From positions 1 to 46,559 of the forward strand of contig JASEFT010000004.1 of NCBI GenBank assembly GCA_030018475.1: DNA of 46,559 nucleotides. The letters are read 5' to 3'. This document shows positions 1 to 10,002 of the stretch, piece by piece. A model generated the notes under the pieces. That model was given only the letters and a program-made list of their open reading frames with translations. It did not search any database and was not told the DNA's origin. Within the stretch, counting starts at the first letter, position 1. Each line of letters begins with the position of its first letter. This DNA comes from Thermoplasmatota archaeon. Its GTDB lineage: Archaea > Thermoplasmatota > JASEFT01. Made by a program: the position numbers and the translations under genes.

Positions 1-265
1 CCTAACGATTTAGTAGTTTTTCCAGATAACTGAACAGCTCCCATTGTAGAGAGAAGAAGCATTGATATTATTAAAACAAAGCATAAGGTAGCAACGATGA
101 ATCTCAGCTTTTTTTGATAACTCTTCATTAATTTGATTATTGGTTTTAGTATGTAATAAACATTTCCGCAAAAGTACACCATATTTTTCTCTCGTCACCA
201 TATTTTTTCAGATGCTTTGTTGCACAATTAAGCGATTTTTAGTCTTTCACTTAATCTGAGTTAGA

Positions 266-583
266 GTGGGCGTATATCGAGATACCGTACGATCCGAATA
301 CTCCGCCTGCGGGTATAAAGAAGCAGAGCTTAGAATGTACTATTGGACTGGCTCAGAATGGAAGAAATGCAATAATACAAATGTTGACACAGAACGAAAT
401 GTTGTATGGGCAAATGTGACCCATCTAACAATATTCGCACCAATGGCTGAGAAAATATCCGCCGAACCTATGGCACCAGCTTGGATGCTCTACACAGGTA
501 TCGTGGCGATTATAGTACTATTAGCAGTATCTTTTGCAGTGATTGCGAAGAAGAGAAAGAAATTAAAAGGAACAAAACAGTAA
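266..583 (+). CDS. small C-terminally membrane-anchored protein; resembles the C-terminal end of a larger archaeal surface protein (possible gene remnant)
   Basis: GTG-start ORF. In-frame TGA at 257-259 blocks upstream extension. C-terminal hydrophobic helix (WMLYTGIVAIIVLLAVSFAVIA) followed by KKRKK. No signal peptide seen. Confidence 0.3.
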   Translation: MGVYRDTVRSEYSACGYKEAELRMYYWTGSEWKKCNNTNVDTERNVVWANVTHLTIFAPMAEKISAEPMAPAWMLYTGIVAIIVLLAVSFAVIAKKRKKLKGTKQ

Positions 584-737
584 ACCATCTGACCGCCCAC
601 AAGTTGTATAGAAAGTTTGAACTTTTTATATGTATAAAAAATTAGTAAGTTTCTGCCCAGAGATGTATAGTTATTCTGTGAACAATATATACCAATCTGA
701 AAGTTAAATTTAATAACCAAAAAGAAGATTTACGAAC

Positions 738-2156
738 ATGCCAGAAATTTCTAAACTTGAAGAAAAGCTAGCTTTGAGAAAGGAGAGCATTTGGCTGAAG
801 GCGGACAAAGCGAAAAAGAATAAGATATTCGAGTTTGCAGAGTGCTATAAAAAATTTATTGATGAATGCAAGACAGAGCGTCAAGCAGTAAAATATATTG
901 TTGAGCTTATAAGAAAGAAAGGTTTTAGAGCTTTGAATGAATTAAAAGAATTAAAGCATGGCGATAGAATTTATGAAGTCAATCGTCATAAAAATATCAT
1001 TCTAGCAGTTATTGGTACTGAAAGTTTAGAAAAAGGTCTTAATATAATAGTTGCTCATTTAGACGCCCCCAGATTGGATTTGAAGCCAAATCCTCTTTAC
1101 GAAGATAAAGATTCTTATCTAGGGCTTTTCAAAACCCACTACTATGGTGGTATAAAAAAATATCACTGGGTGAATATACCGCTTGCTTTGTATGGTAAAG
1201 TAATTAAAAAAGACGGTAAAGAGCTAAATATCAAAATAGGCGAGGATAATGACGAGCCTGTACTTGTCATTCCTGATTTATTACCTCATCTGTCTAAAAA
1301 AATTCAAGATGAGCGCAAACTTAGTGAGGGTATAAAAGGTGAGGAGCTTAATATAATTGTAGGCAGTATTCCTGTGAAAGATAAAAAGGTAAAAGAGAAA
1401 ATCAAGTTGCAATTGCTCAACGAGCTAAACAAAAAATACGGCTTGGTTGAAGAGGATTTTGTATCTGCTGAGTTAGAGTTTGTACCCGCAGGCAAATCTA
1501 AAGATGTGGGATTCGATTGCTCTTTAATAGGCGCTTATGGGCAGGATGACAGAATATGCGCTTATACTTCATTACAAGCTATTCTTGAACTGAAAAGCCC
1601 TAAAAGAACTTGTATTGGTTTGTTTGTAGAGAAGGAAGAGATAGGCAGTGAAGGCGCTACAGGTATGAAATCAATGTTCTTTGAGGATTTTGTGAGTAGA
1701 CTATTAAGCCTAACCGGAAAATATGACGAATATATTTTGAAAAATGCGCTTGCAAACTCAAAAGCAATTTCTGCAGATGTAAATGGGGCACTTGACCCTT
1801 CTTTCAAAGAAGTGCATGAAATTGCAAATGCAGCCAAACTTGGCTTAGGAGTTGTTATTACAAAATATACGGGTGCCGGTGGCAAGTTCATGGCTAGCGA
1901 AGCTACTGCAGAATATGTTGGCGCAGTTCGTAACTTGCTAAACAGAGAGAAAATCGCTTGGCAGGCAAGCGAACTTGGTAAGGTAGATGAAGGCGGTGGT
2001 GGCACAGTAGCTAAATACCTTGCAGAATATAATATGGACGTTATAGATATGGGGCCACCTATTTTGAGCATGCATTCGCCATTCGAGATTTCTAGTAAAG
2101 CAGATATTTACGAAAGTTATAGAGCTTACAGAGCTTTTTTCAGTTCGATGGAGTAG
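738..2156 (+). CDS. M18-family aminopeptidase (aspartyl aminopeptidase-like)
   Basis: 472 aa. AHLDAPRLDLKPNP motif and overall layout typical of peptidase M18. Confidence 0.8.
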   Translation: MPEISKLEEKLALRKESIWLKADKAKKNKIFEFAECYKKFIDECKTERQAVKYIVELIRKKGFRALNELKELKHGDRIYEVNRHKNIILAVIGTESLEKGLNIIVAHLDAPRLDLKPNPLYEDKDSYLGLFKTHYYGGIKKYHWVNIPLALYGKVIKKDGKELNIKIGEDNDEPVLVIPDLLPHLSKKIQDERKLSEGIKGEELNIIVGSIPVKDKKVKEKIKLQLLNELNKKYGLVEEDFVSAELEFVPAGKSKDVGFDCSLIGAYGQDDRICAYTSLQAILELKSPKRTCIGLFVEKEEIGSEGATGMKSMFFEDFVSRLLSLTGKYDEYILKNALANSKAISADVNGALDPSFKEVHEIANAAKLGLGVVITKYTGAGGKFMASEATAEYVGAVRNLLNREKIAWQASELGKVDEGGGGTVAKYLAEYNMDVIDMGPPILSMHSPFEISSKADIYESYRAYRAFFSSME

Positions 2157-2160
2157 AAAG

Positions 2161-2925
2161 GTGACTGATTATTACAAGCGAATAATTCCATGTCTTGACA
2201 CGCACCATGGTAAATTGGTTAAAGGTGTGAGATTCAAAAGTTTAATAGAAATAGGCGATCCTGTAGAATATGCCGAGCTATATGAAGAGCAAGGAGCTGA
2301 CGAACTCGTGCTTTTAGACATAGCTTCAACTCCTGAAGGCAAGCCTACATTGTTAGAACTCGTTCGAAAAGTAGCAAGCATAATTTCAATACCATTAACA
2401 GTGGGCGGTGGTATAAGGAGCATAGAGGATGCTAGAGCGATTCTAGACTGCGGGGCATCTAAAATCTCAGTTAACACTGCCGCAGTAAAAAGGCCCGAAT
2501 TAATAAGAGAACTTTCTGACGAGTTTGGCACACGCTCTGTGGTTTGCGCTATTGACGGCAAACTTGTAAGGGAAGGCAAGTGGGAGGTATATATCTCAGG
2601 AGGCTCAGAGGGTACAGGTATAGATATGCTCGAGTGGGGTAAGCAAGTTAAAACTTTAGGCGCTGGTGAGATTCTTTATACAGGTATACATACAGACGGC
2701 ACTGAGGAAGGCTACGATGTAGAAGGTACTCGTGCGCTGGCAGTATTTACAAATCTGCCTATAACCGCCTCGGGCGGCGCAGGTAGTTTAGAGCATATTT
2801 TTGAAGTTTTAAGTGAAGGCAAAGCATCAGCGGCACTTGCAGCTAGCATTTTCCATCACAGAAAATACACTGTAAAAGAAGCAAAGGAATACTTGCACAA
2901 ACGAGGAATTCCAGTTAGACTCTAG
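2161..2925 (+). CDS. hisF: imidazole glycerol phosphate synthase, cyclase subunit HisF
   Basis: IIPCLD...LVKGVRF, GADELVLLDI, PLTVGGGIRS and ASGGAG motifs; 254 aa. Confidence 0.9.
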   Translation: MTDYYKRIIPCLDTHHGKLVKGVRFKSLIEIGDPVEYAELYEEQGADELVLLDIASTPEGKPTLLELVRKVASIISIPLTVGGGIRSIEDARAILDCGASKISVNTAAVKRPELIRELSDEFGTRSVVCAIDGKLVREGKWEVYISGGSEGTGIDMLEWGKQVKTLGAGEILYTGIHTDGTEEGYDVEGTRALAVFTNLPITASGGAGSLEHIFEVLSEGKASAALAASIFHHRKYTVKEAKEYLHKRGIPVRL

Positions 2926-2967
2926 GAACGAAAAACTTAAACTCTTTCAAATTGATATTTCCTAAAC

Positions 2968-3927
2968 ATGAGAGTTAAAGAGCCAGAAAATTTAGATATA
3001 GAAGATTTTATAAAAAGGAAGGTGGAGGAAATTTCTTCTGCTGTTGGAAACGGTATTGCGATTAGTGCACTCTCAGGAGGCGTAGATTCTTCAACAGCTA
3101 CTTTATTAGGCTATAGAGCTTTGGGCGAAAGACTTAAAACTTATTTTATTGACAGTGGTTTAATGCGCGAGAACGAGCCTCAAAAAGTAGCTGAGCTTTT
3201 CAGAAAGCTTGGCGTGAAAGTTGAAATAATAGATGCGAAAGAGCAATTTTTTAAAGCTTTAAAAGGGGTAGTGGACCCAGAAGCTAAAAGGGAATGTATC
3301 ACACAAACTTTTTACAAAAATGTATTTGCCAAGCTCATAAAAGAAAGCGGCGCTAAATATCTTCTGCAAGGTACTATACTCACAGATATAGAGGAGACTG
3401 TAGCAGGTATAAAGCGCCAGCATAACGTTTTCGAGCAGTTGGGCATAAATCCCAAAGAGGCTTTTGGATACAAAATCGCAGAGCCTCTTAAAGAGCTTCG
3501 TAAAGATGGCGTAATAAAAGTAGCTAAAGCTTTAGGGCTGCCTGAAGAATTATATGCAAGAATACCTTTTCCAGGACCAGGCTTGGCTGCAAGAGTTATA
3601 GGCGAAGTTACTCCTCAAAGAATAGAGCTTGTAAGGAAGGCAACGAGCATTGTCGAAGAAGAGTTAGCACATACAAAAGCATTCCAGTATCTAGCAATCT
3701 TGCATGAAGATAGAGTTACAGGAATAAAAGAAGGCAAAAGAAAATTTGGCTATCAGATTGAGGTAAGATGCTGGGAAAGTAAAGATGCAAGAGTGGCAGC
3801 GCCTACAAAAATTAAGTTTGAAACTTTAGAAAAACTAGCTAAAAGAATAGTAACCGAACTGCCTGAGATAGTTTCCGTCACCTATAACATAACTCCCAAA
3901 CCACCTTCAACTATAGAGGCAGTATAG
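2968..3927 (+). CDS. guaAB: GMP synthase subunit B (ATP pyrophosphatase subunit, archaeal split GuaA)
   Basis: PP-loop SALSGGVDSS; length and C-terminal dimerisation region typical of archaeal GuaA subunit B. Confidence 0.85.
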   Translation: MRVKEPENLDIEDFIKRKVEEISSAVGNGIAISALSGGVDSSTATLLGYRALGERLKTYFIDSGLMRENEPQKVAELFRKLGVKVEIIDAKEQFFKALKGVVDPEAKRECITQTFYKNVFAKLIKESGAKYLLQGTILTDIEETVAGIKRQHNVFEQLGINPKEAFGYKIAEPLKELRKDGVIKVAKALGLPEELYARIPFPGPGLAARVIGEVTPQRIELVRKATSIVEEELAHTKAFQYLAILHEDRVTGIKEGKRKFGYQIEVRCWESKDARVAAPTKIKFETLEKLAKRIVTELPEIVSVTYNITPKPPSTIEAV

Positions 3928-3937
3928 GAGCTTAAAA

Positions 3938-5329
3938 ATGACCGGATTGTTTGGAGTTGTTAGTAAAGAAGACTGCGCTAAAACGCTGTTTTATGGTACT
4001 GACTATCACACTCATTTAGGCGCAGGCTACGGGGGATTAGCGATATGGAGCGACAAACTCTACAGAAGTATTCATAACATATCACAAGCGCAATTCAAAT
4101 CTAAATTCGTTGATGAATATAAAGAAATGAAGGGCAATATAGGGATAGGTGTTATTAGTGATAGAGATGTACAACCGATAACTCTAGCTTCACAATTCGG
4201 TACTTTCGCAATAGCTACCGCAGGATTGGTTGAGAACGCTGACGAGCTAGCCCAGTCTCTTCTAAAAAAGGGCGAAGCTTTTGCAGAAGTTGGTGAAGGT
4301 GTTATTAATACTACAGAGCTTGTTGGAAGGTTAATAGTTCAAAGCGATAGCATTGTAGAGGGCATTGAAAAAGCGCTCTCTTCAATTAAAGGCTCAATAT
4401 CACTTTTAATTCTTGCTGAAGAAGGTATTTATGCGGCAAGAGACGAGAGAGGGCGCTTGCCATTAGTAATAGGAGAAAGAGGAAAAGACATTGCCATAGC
4501 TTCAGAATCCTGCTCTTTTTCAAATTTAGGGTTTAAAATAAAAAAATACATTCAGCCTGGTGAAACAATATTGGCAACTAAAGAAGGACTTAAAACTAAA
4601 AAAGGTGGTAGTGGCGAAGGCAAGCTTTGCGCGTTTTTGTGGATCTATACAGGCTATCCAGCCTCCAGTTATGAAGATGTGTGTGTAGAGTCAGTAAGGG
4701 AAAGGTGCGGAAGAGCGCTAGCAAAAAAAGATAATTTCAAGGCAGACCTTGTTGCAGGAGTGCCTGACTCAGGCACTGCCCACGCTATAGGCTATGCAAT
4801 GGAATCAAAGCTACCTTTTAGAAGACCTTTAGTTAAATATTCGCCAAGTTGGGATAGGAGCTATACTCCGCCTTCGCAAGAAATCAGAGAGCTAGTTGCT
4901 AAAATGAAGTTAATTCCTATCAGAGAAATAATCGATGGTAATAGAATAGTATTATGTGAAGATTCTATTGTTAGGGGTACACAGCTAAAAAATCTAGCAA
5001 TTCAAAAGCTCTGGGAGAACGGCGCTAAGGAGATACATTTAAGACCTGCATGCCCTCCTTTGCTCTATCCTTGCAAATTTTCACTTACTACTAGAACAAT
5101 CCAAGAGCTTGTAGCTCGTAGAGCTATAAGAGCTATTGAGGGTAAGGATATAGAAGATATAACAGAATATTTAAATCCAGCCTCCAAAAAATATTATCAA
5201 ATGGTAGAATGGATTAGAAATGAACTTAACGTTACTACTCTGAGATATCAAACTTTAGATGACATGGTAGAAGCAATAGGCTTACCAAAAGACAAATTAT
5301 GCCTTTATTGCTGGTGTGGAGAGGAATAA
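3938..5329 (+). CDS. amidophosphoribosyltransferase (PurF)-like protein lacking the N-terminal Cys nucleophile
   Basis: Ntn-type N-domain plus PRTase motif (IVLCEDSIVRGTQL) and C-terminal CLYCWCG cysteines. N-terminus reads MTGLFGV instead of MCG(I/V)FG. Confidence 0.65.
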   Translation: MTGLFGVVSKEDCAKTLFYGTDYHTHLGAGYGGLAIWSDKLYRSIHNISQAQFKSKFVDEYKEMKGNIGIGVISDRDVQPITLASQFGTFAIATAGLVENADELAQSLLKKGEAFAEVGEGVINTTELVGRLIVQSDSIVEGIEKALSSIKGSISLLILAEEGIYAARDERGRLPLVIGERGKDIAIASESCSFSNLGFKIKKYIQPGETILATKEGLKTKKGGSGEGKLCAFLWIYTGYPASSYEDVCVESVRERCGRALAKKDNFKADLVAGVPDSGTAHAIGYAMESKLPFRRPLVKYSPSWDRSYTPPSQEIRELVAKMKLIPIREIIDGNRIVLCEDSIVRGTQLKNLAIQKLWENGAKEIHLRPACPPLLYPCKFSLTTRTIQELVARRAIRAIEGKDIEDITEYLNPASKKYYQMVEWIRNELNVTTLRYQTLDDMVEAIGLPKDKLCLYCWCGEE

Positions 5330-5351
5330 TTAGATATCTTAAAATATCGAG

Positions 5352-5591
5352 CTAGCTCTTGCTATACTCAATAATTCTAAGAGCGCACTCTATCCATCTC
5401 AAATATGAATTGATTGCAGCTCTTAAAGCGCTTGTATCATGCGCCTCTATTCTCACTAAAAATTTATTTTTTTCAGCTTTTATTTCTATTTTAGTTCTTG
5501 GAATCTCGCGTCTGCCTTCTGGTATTAGAGCTTGCCTTAAAATCTGAGCTTTATTATTGTCAAGCTCCAAAACAAAGTTTGCAATTTTCAT
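5352..5591 (-). CDS. pcc1: KEOPS complex subunit Pcc1-like
   Basis: 79 aa. The ...IEAHDTSALRAAINSYLRWI... pattern is typical of Pcc1/CTAG. Position in the archaeal exosome superoperon fits. Confidence 0.65.
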   Translation of the reverse strand: MKIANFVLELDNNKAQILRQALIPEGRREIPRTKIEIKAEKNKFLVRIEAHDTSALRAAINSYLRWIECALRIIEYSKS

Positions 5592-5593
5592 AT

Positions 5594-5734
5594 CTAATTT
5601 GTCTTGATCTTCTTCGTTCCGCTAGGTCTCTCTTTATAAAAAATTCTAGATCCGCATTTATCGCACTGTATACCAGGAATGTTTAAATCTATCTCTATAG
5701 GGTTTTTGCAAATAGCGCATTTATATCTATCCAT
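5594..5734 (-). CDS. rpoP: DNA-directed RNA polymerase subunit P (Rpo12)
   Basis: 46-aa ORF below the ORF-track cutoff, translated by hand: MDRYKCAICKNPIEIDLNIPGIQCDKCGSRIFYKERPSGTKKIKTN. Has the CxxC...CxxC zinc ribbon and sits tightly between rpl37ae and pcc1. Confidence 0.8.
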   Translation of the reverse strand: MDRYKCAICKNPIEIDLNIPGIQCDKCGSRIFYKERPSGTKKIKTN

Positions 5735-5736
5735 TT

Positions 5737-5988
5737 TTATTTCCTCTCCTGCTCTTCTTCAACCTTTGCCATAGTTATTGGTGTATAGGCAGCGCCGGCA
5801 AATTTAGTATTGCAATGCCTGCACTTCCAAATGCCACTTGCCAATCTTTTGACTGCAATATAGTTGCAGGAAGGGCATAGATATTTTGAACGTGTTTTTT
5901 GCTCTATATCTTTAACTCGCAGTCTAACGCTGACGCCGTAGCGTGCTCCAAACCTAGCCACAGAACCTACTTTTTTAGCTGCACTCAT
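5737..5988 (-). CDS. rpl37ae: 50S ribosomal protein L37Ae (eL43)
   Basis: FGARYG, CPSC...CRHC zinc ribbon, GAAYTP. Confidence 0.9.
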   Translation of the reverse strand: MSAAKKVGSVARFGARYGVSVRLRVKDIEQKTRSKYLCPSCNYIAVKRLASGIWKCRHCNTKFAGAAYTPITMAKVEEEQERK

Positions 5989-6749
5989 TTTATTAACTTT
6001 CTAACCTCATTACTTCTTCGTTTAGAAATTTCAAGTATTTTATTGACTTCTTCTTGAGTGAAACTTCCTTTTAAGCCCTTCTGGGTAGCGCATATATTGT
6101 TATTTTCGTCTAGTACTACAGTAATTCTTGCTGAGGCAGCTCTTTCTTCGTCTAAGCAAGGGTCGAGCATTATTGCCTCACCCAATTTTATAGAGGTGCA
6201 TGAAATTGGGAAATGCTCTAAAGGGAGATTAAAAGGTTCGCCGAGCCCGAATCTGTCGGCAGGTACGCGAGTAGTGGTTAGAGCTGCAATAGCTGCTAAA
6301 GCACTTGCATCGAAAAGGTTGCCGTCATAATCCAGCACATGGATATCTACAAACACTATCCAAACTTTTTCTTTGGGAGTTATGCAAAGCTTAGCTAAGT
6401 TTATACTTTCACTCTCTCTTATCCCTCTATCTACTACACGCGCAAGCTCTATAGCTTCCGGCGAGGGCGGACCAGACTCGAACGCCGGCGAAGCTATAGG
6501 TACCAGCTCTGCAGAGGTAGTCAACACTCCTTTTTCTGGTGCGTCTGGATAAGGCTCGCCCAACTCTAATTTTATTCCTACCAGTACGTCTGTATTGCCC
6601 AGCCCAACTCTTGCAGACCCTTCAGCATTAGCTATCAGGTTTTTTTCTAACGAAATTTTTCTGTACTCATCAAATTTTCTACCGTCCGCTCTTTTCCCAC
6701 CCTCTACGAGTTCGTACAGATAATCTTTTTTAAGTTCTGCAATAGCCAT
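5985..6749 (-). CDS. rrp42: exosome complex component Rrp42
   Basis: RNase PH-like fold sequence, follows rrp41. Start moved to MAIAELKK (6749) so it no longer overlaps the rrp41 stop at 6752. Confidence 0.85.
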   Translation of the reverse strand: MAIAELKKDYLYELVEGGKRADGRKFDEYRKISLEKNLIANAEGSARVGLGNTDVLVGIKLELGEPYPDAPEKGVLTTSAELVPIASPAFESGPPSPEAIELARVVDRGIRESESINLAKLCITPKEKVWIVFVDIHVLDYDGNLFDASALAAIAALTTTRVPADRFGLGEPFNLPLEHFPISCTSIKLGEAIMLDPCLDEERAASARITVVLDENNNICATQKGLKGSFTQEEVNKILEISKRRSNEVRKLIK

Positions 6750-6751
6750 TT

Positions 6752-7456
6752 TTATATTCCACTTGAGTACTTTTTTCTTAATGACTGCTTCTGTAGCTCG
6801 TATATTTTGCTGCAAGCCTCAAAGCCCATTTTCAATGCTCTATCAAATTCTTCAAAACTTAATTTTCCATCCATTTGCAGTAATAATATTTCTTTAGTTC
6901 TGGGAATTATTGCAAGTGGCATATCTGCTTCGCCATTATTATCTTCTTCTTTACAAAGGTCAACGACTAGCTTGCCATCTACTTTACCTACTGCGCAAGC
7001 AGGAATTAAATCGCGCATTGGCACACCAGCATCTGCTAGCGCAACACTAGCTGCAGTAATACCACTGCAACGAGTACCTGCATCTGCTTGTAAAACCTCT
7101 ATAAAGAAGTCTATAGTAGTTCTAGGAAACTGCTCTGTAAATATCACGTTTTCAAAAACCTCAGAAATAATCTTAGAAATTTCTACAGAGCGTCTATCAG
7201 GTCCTGGCTTCTTGCGCTCTGTAACAGAGAAAGGTGCCATATTGTAGCGGCATTGCACCAAAGCCTTAGTAGGGTCTTGTAAATGCCTTGGATGCACCTC
7301 TCTAGGCCCGTAAACAGCTGCTAGTATTTTGTTTTTACCCCACTCTATGTATGCGGAGCCATCTGCACGCTTTAAAATTCCAGCCTCTATTTTAATAGGG
7401 CGAAGTTCGTCTAAATTACGGCCATCCAATCTTTTACCGTCTTTTATTAGCTCCAT
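6752..7456 (-). CDS. rrp41: exosome complex exonuclease Rrp41 (RNase PH family)
   Basis: DGRxxDELRP, ADAGTR motifs. Confidence 0.9.
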   Translation of the reverse strand: MELIKDGKRLDGRNLDELRPIKIEAGILKRADGSAYIEWGKNKILAAVYGPREVHPRHLQDPTKALVQCRYNMAPFSVTERKKPGPDRRSVEISKIISEVFENVIFTEQFPRTTIDFFIEVLQADAGTRCSGITAASVALADAGVPMRDLIPACAVGKVDGKLVVDLCKEEDNNGEADMPLAIIPRTKEILLLQMDGKLSFEEFDRALKMGFEACSKIYELQKQSLRKKYSSGI

Positions 7457-8160
7457 TTTTCACCTTTTACAGAAATTTCTAAAAATTTCTGTATTCTCTC
7501 CGTAAGCCCTGTTGTATAAGACTCTTTCTCTATTTTCTTTATCGCCATAACAGCAAGCCTTACGTTCTCAGCCCCTCCTTCAAGCCATATTCTACCGTTT
7601 TGAGCTACGAAAATCCTGCATTTAGTATAATTTTTAATAAGTGTGAGCATTGAAGCGCTTTTACCTATTACTCTAGGCACTCTAGAAGGCGCCACTTCTA
7701 TAATCTGTCCTCCAACGAGCTTTTTACTGCCTTTAGTCATAGTAACTTGCACTCTTTTAGCTTCGTCTACAGAAAGTACATCGCAAAGTATTGTATCGTT
7801 AATATTCAAAAATTTTGCTGTATTGCCAAACTCGACTCGCCAAGGCACTTCAGTAATATACAAAACTGCAGTATAAGGTGAATTAATATCTACAATCCAT
7901 AGATTTGGAGTAACATCTATAATTTTGCCTACCAAAGAATCGCCTACTTTAGGTATGTATCTGCCCTCTAAAGGTATAACACTCACATAATTCGCTCTTA
8001 TATTTTTTATCCCTACTATAGAAGCATATATATTGTTTGCTACTTTATACGTGCCTGAGCCGTGCATGAGCTGCTCATTACCAATGAGTTCGCCGGGAAG
8101 TACAATTTCACGGCTCTTAAACTCTTTATCCTTATCACCCTCTTCTTCTGAAACTATCAT
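7447..8160 (-). CDS. rrp4: exosome RNA-binding subunit Rrp4 (S1/KH)
   Basis: S1 domain ([11 protein letters not shown]) plus C-terminal KH-like region; operon context. Confidence 0.85.
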   Translation of the reverse strand: MIVSEEEGDKDKEFKSREIVLPGELIGNEQLMHGSGTYKVANNIYASIVGIKNIRANYVSVIPLEGRYIPKVGDSLVGKIIDVTPNLWIVDINSPYTAVLYITEVPWRVEFGNTAKFLNINDTILCDVLSVDEAKRVQVTMTKGSKKLVGGQIIEVAPSRVPRVIGKSASMLTLIKNYTKCRIFVAQNGRIWLEGGAENVRLAVMAIKKIEKESYTTGLTERIQKFLEISVKGEKWS

Positions 8161-8852
8161 TTTATAATCTTAGTCTCTATATTTCCTTTAGTGAACTGAT
8201 TTAACTTATCATAGAACTCAGTTTGCAACCCAGCAGGTATTTCTATATGACAAATCAAAAACCCATCTTTAGTCCACTCTTCCTTCTTTATTGCTCCGCT
8301 TGCTTTTATATAGTTGTAAATTTTACCGTAGCTTGCAGCTTCTACTTTTATCTCAACAGTGATTTTTTCAAATCTTATCGGCAGTATTGGCTTTAGCGCA
8401 TCTAGCACATCTTTTAGTTGCACTTCTGTAGCCTTAAAAGGGTCTATCCTAACTTTCGCCTGCTCGAATGCTAGCTCTATCCTTTGAATTGGATGCGGTA
8501 GATTCGTTCTAGGATCTATAGCATTTCTAGCAATTGTAGCTATAATCTCCTTTCTTTTGGTCTCTATCATTTTTCTTCTCTGCTCCGTTGTAATTTGCAA
8601 CTCGCCCTTCAAAACTATTTCTCTAGCTACTTTCTCTATGTCCGTAGTCCCAAATATTTTTGCTAAAGATTCTTCAGAAGCTCTTGTGCCTTTGCTCGAA
8701 TCTCTGAACACAGTATCAATCACAAGATTTTCAAGTATGTTGACAGACTCGTTGTTCCTTAATTTCTGAGCAGCTTCAGGCGCTATTAAAATTTCAAACT
8801 TTTCACCTTTAGCTTCATATCTTGCGATAACTGAGTCTTCTAACCTCACCAT
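8157..8852 (-). CDS. sdo1: SBDS-family ribosome maturation protein
   Basis: 231 aa. N-terminal FYSH-like region ([14 protein letters not shown]) and conserved superoperon position. Confidence 0.85.
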   Translation of the reverse strand: MVRLEDSVIARYEAKGEKFEILIAPEAAQKLRNNESVNILENLVIDTVFRDSSKGTRASEESLAKIFGTTDIEKVAREIVLKGELQITTEQRRKMIETKRKEIIATIARNAIDPRTNLPHPIQRIELAFEQAKVRIDPFKATEVQLKDVLDALKPILPIRFEKITVEIKVEAASYGKIYNYIKASGAIKKEEWTKDGFLICHIEIPAGLQTEFYDKLNQFTKGNIETKIIK

Positions 8853-8859
8853 TTTTGGT

Positions 8860-9585
8860 TTATTCGCTCTTCTTTTTCAGTTTTGCGATGTACTCATGAA
8901 CTTCTTCTGGGCTAAATTTTCTGAAAACCTCACCTTTCCTAATAATACCTATCTCTATTGTATGCGGCAAAAGCTCGCCTTCAGTTGCTTTACGCAAAGC
9001 TTCTAAAGCTAACAATATAACTTCTTCTTCACTTATTTCATCTCTATATTTCTTTTCGAAAATTTCTAGTACTGTATTTCTTCCCTCGCCTATAGCTCCA
9101 GCTTTGTAAGCCATTAGCGCTCCACTGGGGTCTGTCTCAAAAAGCTGTACACCTTGATCGTCAATACCTGCGATGAGGAGAGCTGTGCCGAAAGGCCTTA
9201 CACCGCCAAACTGTGTATAAGTCTGCTTGAAGTCGCACAGCCTTTTCACTAGTAGTTCTACCGGTATTTTTTCATCGTAATAAATTTTGTTGATTTGCGC
9301 TTCTATTCTAGCCCTATCCACGAGCACTCTGGCATCTGCAACTAAGCCTGAGGTTGCGCATCCTATATGGTCATCAATTTGATAAATTTTTTCAATAGAG
9401 ACAGGCTCTATAAGTCTTGAAGTTACTCTTTTATCTATTATGAGCACAGCACCGTCTTTGAATTTAGCACCTACTGCTGTTGTACCTCTTTTTACAGCTT
9501 CTCTTGCATACTCTACTTGAAATAGTCTACCGTCTGGCGAAAACACAGTTATAGCCCTATCATAGGCCAAATTTGCAGGTTGCAT
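8860..9585 (-). CDS. psmA: proteasome subunit alpha
   Basis: [20 protein letters not shown] signature. Confidence 0.92.
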   Translation of the reverse strand: MQPANLAYDRAITVFSPDGRLFQVEYAREAVKRGTTAVGAKFKDGAVLIIDKRVTSRLIEPVSIEKIYQIDDHIGCATSGLVADARVLVDRARIEAQINKIYYDEKIPVELLVKRLCDFKQTYTQFGGVRPFGTALLIAGIDDQGVQLFETDPSGALMAYKAGAIGEGRNTVLEIFEKKYRDEISEEEVILLALEALRKATEGELLPHTIEIGIIRKGEVFRKFSPEEVHEYIAKLKKKSE

Positions 9586-9607
9586 TTTCTATCACCTTTT
9601 TCAGTAT

Positions 9608-9952
9608 CTATAAACACTGATTGGAATATAAAGGTTTTTGCCCCCTTTTAAGATATTTTCTAGTAGCGCATTTAATAGTTCCTGAAGTACCTATAGTCTT
9701 TATTTTAATTTCTTCGCTACCTAGACACCCTATCGAAGTTAGTATCTTTATGGCTTCTTCCTTTTTTGTATGCTTGCATCTAAGCAGGCCTTTGTTAGCT
9801 CTATATTTTACTACCCAAGGATTTATTTCATGCGCAAGTTTACCGAAAGCAGAGGCAACAAGCCTAACAATTTCCGCTTTACCTATCTTTCTAGCAGCAA
9901 TAACTTCAAATGCAATGTATCTTTTCCTGCCTACTTTGTCTTTTACAACCAC
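9608..9952 (-). CDS. rnp2: RNase P protein component 2 (Pop5 homologue)
   Basis: RYIAFEV N-terminal motif, ~114 aa, immediately upstream of psmA as in other archaea. Confidence 0.7.
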   Translation of the reverse strand: MVVKDKVGRKRYIAFEVIAARKIGKAEIVRLVASAFGKLAHEINPWVVKYRANKGLLRCKHTKKEEAIKILTSIGCLGSEEIKIKTIGTSGTIKCATRKYLKRGQKPLYSNQCL

Positions 9953-10002
9953 AAAAATATTAATAGTCTTCGAGGTTATTTATTTGTTTAGGCAAGCGAG
10001 AA

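Noticed and set aside
10-201. 63-aa minus-strand ORF at the left edge of the window
   Set aside because: It has no recognisable motif, is Cys/Asn-rich and low in complexity, and sits next to the window edge. There is not enough evidence to call it a gene.
1562-2071. Long antisense ORFs opposite well-supported genes (for example 1562-2071, 2172-2579, 6807-7247, 26363-26800, 38063-38533, 40681-41073, 42634-43056, 45512-45877)
   Set aside because: Each is fully embedded antisense to a gene with clear family motifs. Their low-complexity Ser/Leu/Pro-rich translations are typical shadow ORFs.
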